Positions 9,009 through 18,399 of a stretch of 21,125 nt of DNA are shown piece after piece. The position numbers and the translations under genes were made by a program. Location: positions 62,001 through 83,125 of the forward strand of contig JBFLGF010000159.1 in NCBI GenBank assembly GCA_050230475.1. Reading direction: 5' to 3'. The notes below the pieces were generated by a model that made no database searches, was not told the origin of the DNA, and saw only the letters and a list, made by a program, of their open reading frames with translations. The DNA is from Ancylonema sp. (lineage: Eukaryota). How positions within the stretch are numbered: the stretch's first letter is position 1; every line of letters begins with the position of its first letter.

Positions 9009-9681
9009 ATTAATCGTGAAGTGCGTCTGTATGTGAACTTGTACAAAATTGCACGATGTTTATTCGTGCGAATGAGTAGGAACTTGTTACAAACATCTGC
9101 AAGTTTACTAAAAAACGTGATACCATTTGCTTTCGAGGTGTCTCAACCAGTTTCGTACTGTGTTAATCCGTCCCAAACTGTCTTAAAAGAAGGTAAGAGG
9201 TGAAATATATGAAACTTGATGAAGCAATTTGATTTTTTTTTGGGACAATTTGGATTATGTTGAGGTGAGATTTCCCCCCCCAACCGACACAATAGTGCAA
9301 AGTTACCGTCTTGGTAAGAAATAATAGTCAAGCGATTTGACAAGCGAATATTTTACGTTTAGTTTTTTCAATGTTATATTTTCATAATCTAGCAAAATAC
9401 CAATGATATGAAAATAAATCAAAGACGAACTTGAATAATGATTCGATGACCCGATGTAACATGATATCGGCAAGAAATCCATCATAATTGTCCTTTGGTC
9501 TCCAATCTAGTCGTTATTGCGTTATTGCGTACCTGTTCCGGGACCCTACTATGAACTACACCCCCCAACCGGTTTGTACTTATGTACAATTGTGTATAAT
9601 TTTGAGGCGCATACTGCGGGTTGTAAATGTTACCGTGACTATTAAGCTTGACGGTACGCGTCATTTTGACGCGTAAAACCA

Positions 9682-10074
9682 TAGATGGGTCAGCACCGTG
9701 CGCAAGATTTGCGCACGCATGCCGCACGCGTGCGGCACGCGTGCCGCACCGGGACAATTTCTGTAATCGACTGAAATTTGAACAAGTAGTGAGTACTGAC
9801 CATTTTGCACTGTAAGTAGTTCGATATAACGTCTTAGGCCCTAAATTGAATACTGCCACGTTGTAACCGGTTCGCCAAACACATTTCATGAATTCGGAAA
9901 CATCCCCGCACCCCTGGGGTGTAGGAAGTACCCCCCCCCCCCCCGGGTAATAATAATATTATTTTAACGCCTATGGGTCAGCACCGTGCGCGAGATTTGG
10001 CGCGCGTGCGGCGCGCGTGCGCGAGCGCACGCGTGCGGAATACGCGCGGGACGCGCACTTCAAAGACCCATCTA
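9682..10074. mobile_element. MITE-like element with 10-bp terminal inverted repeats and an internally duplicated left end
   Basis: TIRs TAGATGGGTC (9682-9691) and GACCCATCTA (10065-10074), flanked by CGCGTAAAACC(A/C) on both sides. ATGGGTCAGCACCGTGCGC occurs at both 9685 and 9973. Confidence 0.65.
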
Positions 10075-11757
10075 CGCGTAAAACCCTCGATAAGCACTCA
10101 AATTACCGCGATTCACCACTTTGGTAATGGCGGGCCCGGAAGAGCCGTTACCATTGTGGAAAGCGTCAATTGAGTGTAATTGTACGGATTCCGTACATAA
10201 CCGTACACACTGATATAAGTAGAGAATGATTCGAGTAGAGAATATTTATGTTAGCACCCCGTGTCCGGCAAGAGTCTCTCTCGCTCGTACAATTACAGAT
10301 TTTTGCTGGGTTGCTATAGGGAATTGGTTTTCCTTTTATCGTTGGTCACTACTTCCTTTCTTTAAGTTTTGTCCTTTATCTTAATTAATACTCTTCATGT
10401 ACGAACTTGGTCTCTGTTCGTGATTTTTTTTTGTATTTCCTCTTCGACCCACCAGCAATAACATATACAAGATGATCGTAATTTTAGATGACCATCTCCG
10501 GACACACACGGTTACAACCCTCTACATTTAAACTTGTATAAAAGTTTACTTTTTGGGGGGGAGAAAATAAATTATTTTAAAGAGGTTATTCATTTAGACA
10601 GGTGGAACAACTACACCCGCCAACGTTTGGGAGGGAATTTTTCCAATATTTTAGAGAGGTTATTCTTTTGGAAAATATTATTTTAGACAAGTTTTACTCT
10701 GTACCGCTATCTGTATGATTTTGCCTTCTAGCTCCGGGCGGGAAATCCATATGATCAACGGTGGACGTTGGTCGCCCATCATTACAGGGGTAAGTTGATC
10801 TTCCGTGCGGAGGGCACGAATGAAGCATTTTACTTTGACATTACGTATATGAACATTCGACATAACGACCCTCGGTTGATCAAGAGTCTCGATATAAATA
10901 CATATTTTTTAAAATATGTCTCATCCCACACAAAAGTTACCTGAATATAGTGTAACGGGTCTCCTTATAATGACCCCGAAATGATCAAAATGAATGTTGA
11001 ATGTTCGCCTTCTGTGTTATAACGGTACTTTTTTCGCTTACGAGATTGAGGGAATGTGTAAAATCCTGAAAATCCAAAAAATCGTGAAAAAAAAGTCATG
11101 TGCTGGTATCCGTGTGCTTGTAGAGGACATGTCACAAGATACCTACAGATGATGCTCCATGCTCTAAATGGTGCTAAAACCGAGGGAAATATTGCACTCA
11201 AGATTGCTCATGTTTGGAGCAAGATTAGGTGTTCAATCTGCCCAATTTAGAATTCCCTCGATATAGTAACACTGGTGTCGAAAATCCAACACTATTAGTA
11301 AATCTCGTTATATTGCCCGTATTTTAACAAAACACCTCGATTCAGCAAACGTTTTTTCCAGTTTTTTTGCTCCGTAATAAAGAGGGTGACAGTACCTGTT
11401 GGACGGAGCGAAGCGTACAGGCGGAACCCAAACGCCGTTCACACGGCGACCCTCGTTGCAAAAATTATAGACATCGAGGTAACTGATTCTAAGCGGACGA
11501 TCAGGATGCGCGTACGTTGTCAGAAAATGAGACAAGTACCGTCGATGGCTTCTGTCAGACGCGACTTCGTTTATTCTGAACGCGTTCTGCCTGTTTTCTC
11601 GAAGCGAGTTCTTTGTTGCAGAACGGGCTCCAAACAGACCTTCCGTTCCTCTCATATTGTCTGTCATCGTCGTCTTTGCTTGTTAAGTTGTGTCCTCTGC
11701 TGCTACCAATAGACAACTATCCGGCACTCTCCCTTCGTGAGGAGTCTACTTTTCAGC

Positions 11758-13003
11758 ATGTCGTCGACTTTCAATGGAGATGAGACTGCTGCCCTCTTCG
11801 GTTTCTTGGGGGCGTCTTCCGCTTTGGTTTTCTCCTGTAAGTTTCGTACCTTCATGTGCAGCTAGCATGGCCCCAACTTTTTGCGCAATTATGGATGTGA
11901 TCAGTTGTCGCTCGACGGAAGGAAGCCCAGACCTTGGAGTCAGGCTGGTCTAATTCGTGATTGCAGAGCATGGGATAGGCTATCAATGGGTGTGTTTTCC
12001 TGTTGAGTTCTGGGTTAGGAGCTTTCCGATTTGAACATGTCGCGAGTCCTAGATCATCCAGCCTAATGAAAGAAACGTCGTGTCGTCGTCCAAACGTCGT
12101 GTCGTTGGATATACATCTGTCTTGAATTCATCGCATATGGATGTTGAAGTGTATTGTAGGCTGGATCCGGGCGGAGAAACTCTGACTGATTCGCAAAAAG
12201 TTCTCTTCGTTTGTCAATTGCCGATCCTATTGCTTCTCCTCCTGATTGGACCTTCCCTCCAATTTTATAACTGATTCGTTCGTTTACCTCTGATCTTCCC
12301 GCAGGTATGGGAGCTGCATACGGCACAGCCAAGAGTGGTGTCGGTGTCGCTTCCATGGGTGTGATGAGGCCGGAGCTGGTGATGAAGTCGATTGTGCCTG
12401 TGGTCATGGCTGGAGTGCTCGGTATTTACGGTCTGATTATCGCTGTCATTATCAGCACGGGGATCAACCCCAAGGCCAAGCCTTACTACTTGTTCGACGG
12501 ATTCGCCCATCTTGGCTCGGGGCTCGCTTGCGGGCTAGCTGGTCTGGCCGCTGGGATGGCTATTGGAATTGTCGGAGATGCCGGTGTCAGGTAGGTCCCA
12601 TCCCATTTCCCGTCATGTCGTCGCACAGCCGTGTGGTGCAACATCCTTCTTATGTGTGAGCAATGATAGCTCAAAGGGATGTCAATCTGAGGTGGGGTTT
12701 ATGTTTCAACGCAGGAAATGTTGTTTGACCTTCGCCATTCTTCTATGCATGATGGGGTTCACCCTACATTACCATCCTTAGAGCAGATGATGCTACTTTG
12801 AGGTCATAGAGTGGTCCTCTCACAAACCGTTGATGACAATTCTGAGGAGAACAATACTTTGTTTGTGCAGGGCAAACGCACAACAGCCCAAGCTCTTCGT
12901 GGGTATGATTCTGATCCTCATTTTTGCTGAGGCTTTGGCTCTGTACGGCCTCATTGTTGGCATCATTCTTTCATCGCGCGCTGGCCAGTCCCGCGCAGAC
13001 TAG
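11758..13003 (+). CDS. VHA-c: Vacuolar H+-ATPase 16-kDa proteolipid subunit c, 165 aa; exons 11758-11836, 12305-12590, 12871-13003
   Basis: Spliced translation [72 protein letters not shown]...[49 protein letters not shown]. Both introns are GT-AG, the CDS is 498 nt in frame, and the proton-binding Glu in IFAEAL is present. Confidence 0.98.
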
Positions 13004-13669
13004 GCACAGGTGGCTTGCAATATCGGCCTCGATGACCTTGGGACAAGCTGCTCTATCCGCTGTTGCGGAACGTGATATTGAGGTGGTTGTCTCTGGCTTT
13101 GTATGTGCTCTATCAATGTGACATTCTGGTCAAGGTTTAACAAAAACAGTTGTTTATGGTTACGGTAGGATGGATAGCTAAATACTGATACCCTGTTCTG
13201 ATGTGCTCTTAGTGCACATGCTGGGAAAAGTAGAGGTATCAGAAAGAGTGCGTGAATAAGGGGGCTCCGCAATGGTAGAAGTAGATGTAAGGTATATATG
13301 AATTGTAGCTCCCACTGAAATTGGACACGGAAGTTATGGTATGGTGGCTTCATGGACAATCATTTGCCTCTGTGGCATATGGCACGTTCTTTGTGAGGCA
13401 AGGGTTGGATCAACAATGTGCATCACTCTGTTGACTTTTTTCTGGTACGAAAATTGAAAGGAGAGAGATGAGAGGTGAGAGGTGAGAGTCAACTTTAAGA
13501 GCCATCAGGGTGTCTGACCTTGGAGTTCATAGATGAATCTCGGGGAACATGGATGGCAGACGGCAAAAGAAAAAAACATTCAAAAATCCAAGATGCGATG
13601 AAAAACCCATGCTAAAAATAATATGACCTTGTCATTCCTTGTTCAGCTTGTCATATTTTAGTTCCGTAA

Positions 13670-13954
13670 TCTTGTCCGGATCATGTTCGGACATCCTCTG
13701 CTGCAGACCGGATCTGATCCCGCTCGGATCCGGATCAGAGATTGGGGGAGATGACAACCACAATGTGCGAGGATTTGCACCGCCTCTCCTAGGGCAAGCG
13801 AAATATCTTCTACACTCTTGGGTAAAGAGGTTTGGCCCGGGTCAACGACCTGGTCCGGATTAAGGTGGATCTCGAGTAACATCCCCATCCAAATCTGTGC
13901 CATTCCGAGTCGCAAACCGGATCTGAAAATGCCCGATAGAGCGGGGCCCAACTA
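13670..13954. repeat. Cluster of CGGATC/GATCCG motifs, possible DNA-transposon subterminal remnant
   Basis: At least six (C)CGGAT(C)-type motifs in under 300 bp of intergenic DNA; no convincing TIR or TSD found. Confidence 0.3.
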
Positions 13955-15246
13955 GGAATAATGTAGTGGTCAGACAGAAAGACTCGTGTTTTATAAAGCG
14001 AAGTAACTCATCTAATGAACCACAGACTGTCCAACCCCACACCAATAGAAACTCTCCCGAACTCCTAAATTACATACATTATTTGGTGACCCAAATAATA
14101 GAACGACCCACTTTTGAAAAACAACCCGACCCACCCGTTTCATATTTATATGAGGGTCAATAGTGCGGCTAGTACAGTGTTAAAAATTCTACAAGGTTTT
14201 AATGCCACCATTGATGCCTATGAGGTTCTTCATTCTACATCCAACGGATCTGAATTATAACATCTAATTCAAATTTGGTTAAGATCACGCCCAATCCAGT
14301 TTTAAGATTAAAATTCGTTTGAATTTTGAACCGTATTAGGATTTTTTTCTGGTCCAAATGGGGCCAATGTGGCACCAATCCGATTGGGGCCATAGTCGCT
14401 CTTGCCAAGTCTGGTTCGAAGTCCGTGATCCAACAACGTGCCAATGTTTTATAACGATTTTCAATTTCGAAATTGGAAAAAAAAAAAACAAAAAGAGGGG
14501 GGGGGGGCATAATCAATGGAATGGGCTGTCACTATATTTTCCCATTGCATGTAACAAATACACCTCTTAAACCATATGTGACGTCCTAAATCTCATCTCG
14601 CGTGATAAATGCATTGAACTCATGGATAACAATGGAATCCTCTTGAATTGAGTATCATATGGAGGCCGTTTGTGCCTTATACACAGTTTCATGAATGCCA
14701 TTTCATGTCCGTATGCCCGTCTGCTTGTGCCCGTATGTTCGTACCCGTATGTGACTGAAAGGAAAAAATATAGACAATGTATAATAAATTTATGTCTATA
14801 TTTCAACAACAACTTGTTCCTCAATTCGAAAACATAGGTCCTTCATTATATATAAAAAAAAGTTTCGCGGACTAAGCTCTTAATCACCAGAGTTACGCAT
14901 GTTGAGCACAAAATACTCTAAAACAATTTCAAGCAAAGCCAAGACATCGATCTACATCACTTACATATAAATCAATACATTATTGCCACAAGCTCTTTCT
15001 ATGCCTCCTTCGTGTGCCACTATGATATACTACTGGTCTCATAAGTCTATGTATGTACGTCAAAGCCGTATGTACATCATAAATTTACCTCATAGAATGT
15101 ACCTAAAATGACAGTGTCGAATGTACAAATACTTTCAATGTTGCGCATCAACTTTTGGCGATGATAGGCATCACATGTCTTCATGTTAGAGGCCTCACCT
15201 TGTACCCAATTATTGGTTGATCACCCATAAAAGGCACTTTGTTTAG

Positions 15247-16728
15247 TCATCTTTGTGAATGCATCGTCCGTGCCACCCAAGCACTCGAGTTGAAATTAGC
15301 AGATATTTGCACTCGCATAATTTCATACACGGCTCCCTACTCGAGGATGGCAAACAAACCCAAGTGCTTCTCCTCCATGAGCTGTAGTAGGGTGATATTT
15401 TCGATGTGCAAATGGTCCTTGAGCCGGAATCCTGTGGTGCTCATTCCCCCCATGCTCCACCACCGGACGCACACATCCTTCCATGCAATGTTATGTTCTT
15501 GAATCACATTCGTGATGTCCATAGCCTGAGAACAACAAATAAGGTGGGCGACAAATGTCAGAAACACCATTTTTTAAAGAACATTAGTAGCAAAGCTTCC
15601 AAATATATCGGGCACCGGAACGCAGATGGCAGGTGGCAGAGCTTCAATCACGTCCGATGTCGCCTCACATTCTATTCTAAATGGTTCACGCATTTCAATT
15701 TCAAAATGCCAAACTCACCTTCACTTTGAGATGAAGGAGAGCATGATGCATTGCCAACAGGTTCACCAACATCTTCTGATGTGCCCCAAGGAGTGCGCAA
15801 GAGATGTCCCCAAAAGTCCAAGGAAAGTTATGTAGCAGCGCCATTGCATCATGGTATGCATACACCTCCATGTAGTCTCGGACGGCATTCAAATTCACGA
15901 ACGTAACCAAGGCCTGAGCCTCTCTCTTGACAATGCCCGACCGCAGCTTGTAGGCTGTCAAGGGTGCCTGCAAGGAGGGGCCAAGGGATCAACGGAGAAT
16001 TTGAAGAACTTAGTGACTTACAAATGTGGCTAGGCGCATGAAGGGACATGCGTTCTCCACAGCCAGTCAGCCCGGAATCGGCGCCACTATCATCAAGTGG
16101 CAGAAGTATGGGGTTAGAGGCCGTTGATGTAAGACAGAAACTATGATTCATTCCTGGGTCCGCGTGTCCGCATCACAAGCTTCACAGGTCCATCAGAAAT
16201 GCCTCTTGCCGAGGTATTGGTGATGGCCTTGTCGCGCTTTCGTCAGAAGGAACCATCGCGATTTTTTTCCTGCAATGTAATTCATCTATGCATGTTGAAC
16301 TGACGAGTACTATTCTGTCGAATCCGAATACAGAGTCGACTGCACGGCCACACCGAACTTGCTGGGCGTGCCTGTGCCATAAACGCTAGTCTCGGCTCTG
16401 CACGCTCAATCTTCGTGGAAGCGATCTTTCATACCTCTTCTTGGAAAATCTTCTGAAATTCCACACTCTGTGAATTGCAGCGCGATTGGCTCGCCTTGAC
16501 GGCACCATCAACCTCGGGAATGACATGTAAGTAGGGCCATCGAGCGTTATACACGGACTTCCAAACTTCTTTCTCGCCACACACCTGGCGCCACTCCCGT
16601 GAACACCGTGCAAGTGTGCACACGCCCTGAGCCAGCAGCCGTTCTGCTATGCTCGATTTCAAGTCGTGAGGCAGCAGATTCAATGTCACAATGGCGGGAG
16701 GTTGAATGCTGTCGATTGTTCCCGCCAT
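15247..16728 (-). CDS. Plant F-box domain protein; exons 16728-16435, 15967-15719, 15525-15247; in-frame TAG at 15339-15337 (243 aa to the TAG, 273 aa if read through); possibly a pseudogene
   Basis: N-terminal F-box-like motif LLPHDLKSSIAERL..VCTLARCSREWRQVC..VWKSVYNARWP. GT-AG phase-0 introns join in frame to AYKLR..MEVYAYHDA..FGDI..LVNLLAMHH and VCVRWWSMG..GFR. The frame continues past the TAG as GAVYEIMRVQIS. The exon 1-2 junction is my simplest model. Confidence 0.75.
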
Positions 16729-16976
16729 ATTTTGCGTGTGGGCGTTCAAGGCAGACGTACTGGACGCCACAAGCTTCGTAGTGCAGTTCTGACTGTGAGT
16801 AAACAAACGTGGTAGAGTTACCCCGCGGTAGCGTCGTTGTGCGCTGAAATTGTGACAGCAACGCGATGTTGACGTGTGCAGGGATGGAAAATTAGGCCCT
16901 TTATTTATCTCTGGGGTTTTATAACAGAAAAATATTAATTAGGGGTTGCGCTTAAATTCCTAAATTGCGAAGGTAC

Positions 16977-17290
16977 CCGTACCAGCCAGAGATAACGCGC
17001 CATAAAATAATTACCATTTTGGCACACGTTTTCGGCGCGTACTGAATTAATTATTTTGAACACGCTGGCGCAGACTTTTAAAACATGTAAATTATTAAAA
17101 TCGGCGAAAGTCTGGCGCTTCTACACAAAAAAATCCAACAACCCTGGCGCAGCTGAAAAATAATCATTCAAAATTTACCTGGCGCACACTTTTGGCGCGT
17201 ACTAATCACTTGGAATTTTGATGGCACAACTGTTTGGAGCCTACTTGTAATAATTCCTCTTTTTTGGCTCATTATCTTAAGGTGGTACGG
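16977..17290. mobile_element. Tc1/mariner (pogo-like) MITE, 314 bp, upstream of the F-box gene
   Basis: Imperfect TIRs CCGTACCAGCCAGAGATAACGCGCCATAAAA versus reverse complement CCGTACCACCTTAAGATAATGAGCCAAAAAA (24/31). TA follows the right end and TA(C) precedes the left end. TGGCGC motifs repeat internally. Confidence 0.7.
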
Positions 17291-18027
17291 TATGATTTTT
17301 TTGGGGGCTTTGGAAGTTTTGAACACAGTATTGCCCCTAAAAACTTGTCATTCCAATGGACAAATGTGTTTCATGCATACTTTCAAAATGATTAGACAAA
17401 AAGGGACTCACCACGATTGAAAGAGCCCATTCGCATTCACATGCATCATGCATGTTTCATCTCCTACATCATTTTGATAAAACAATAACCTTTTCTTTAC
17501 TTATTTGACCGTATGTAATACTAGGATGTCGTACTCATACTCATCGGACCGGCAGAAAGGTGAGTTATGTCATCCTCATGGCAATACCATAAGCAAAACT
17601 ACCCCTTTGCCCCCTTCCTAGCACTACACCTCATCCTCTCCCCTCTACGAATGTCCCCCACGCTCCTTCCTCGTCCCTTTTGGGTCACTCTTCACCCTTT
17701 CCTCCACCCATTACACTGATGTGCGGTTTGAAGTCGGCCGCCCAATATGTTGTTCTTGCCTTTGCACTTTCTTCTTGGATGTTTGTTGCTAGTTTATTCT
17801 GAATATGTTGTTCTCTCATTGCTTGGTGTTGGTAATATCTCATGATGCCACAATTTGGTATAGTGCTGCTCTCACTAAGTAGTATTGCAAATTGAGTCTC
17901 TGCTGAGATATCTAAGATACATATAACACGTCTCAGCGGTCTTGTGGAAATCACTACTTAACGCTAAGGGCAAACTGGCAAATGGACTACAATACTAGAG
18001 TCTTGGAAAATACTACGCTGCAAACAA

Positions 18028-18085
18028 AATAGTCTGGTGCAGACTTTTAAGGTCAGAATAGTCTCGTGCAGACTATGAAGGTCAA
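18028..18085 (+). repeat. 29-bp tandem repeat (2 copies), each with an AGTCT-N5-AGACT palindrome
   Basis: AATAGTCTGGTGCAGACTTTTAAGGTCAG / AATAGTCTCGTGCAGACTATGAAGGTCAA. Confidence 0.85.
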
Positions 18086-18145
18086 CAGCCGTAAGAATTA
18101 CTTTCGGTGCGGAAGAAAATAATTATTAACGTATCGATGGACAGC

Positions 18146-18368
18146 GCTAGCTCAGTGAGAGTGTCAGCGAACAAGTAGAAACAACAATTGCTGGCTCGGT
18201 GCGAGCAACAACGGAACACACGATTTCACAATTTAATTGATGGCTAAGAGAGAGCGTCAACGAATCGACATATTGCACACACACACGCGCTGGCTCAGTG
18301 AGCGTCAGCAACTCGATGCAAGATATTGCACTCGATTACACGGTTGGCTCAGTGAGAGCGTTGGCAAC
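18146..18368 (+). repeat. Five spaced, degenerate copies of a ~25-bp motif (GCTGGCTCAGTGAGAGCGTCAGCAAC)
   Basis: Copies start near 18146, 18190, 18239, 18289 and 18343; period 44-54 bp. Confidence 0.8.
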
Positions 18369-18399
18369 AGATTTAGATAACAAAGACAATCACAAAGAC

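Noticed and set aside
10200..11700. Short ORFs and weak repeats upstream of VHA-c (e.g. AGAGGTTATTC twice, TGTAACGG at 10951)
   Set aside because: No coding motifs, paired termini or TSD; treated as intergenic and promoter DNA.
12063..12674. Minus-strand ORFs overlapping VHA-c
   Set aside because: These are antisense shadows of exon 2 and the introns.
16022..16269. Possible extra or poison exon inside intron 1 of the F-box gene (TTGCAG acceptor, GTAAGT donor)
   Set aside because: It is 248 nt with stops in all three frames and would leave a 54-nt intron; it cannot be supported without RNA data.
17685..17954. 89-aa minus-strand ORF
   Set aside because: No recognisable domain or consistent exon structure.
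18146..18368. CRISPR-like repeat-spacer appearance
   Set aside because: The context is eukaryotic with introns, the repeats are degenerate, the spacers share sequence (TATTGCAC), and there are no cas genes.
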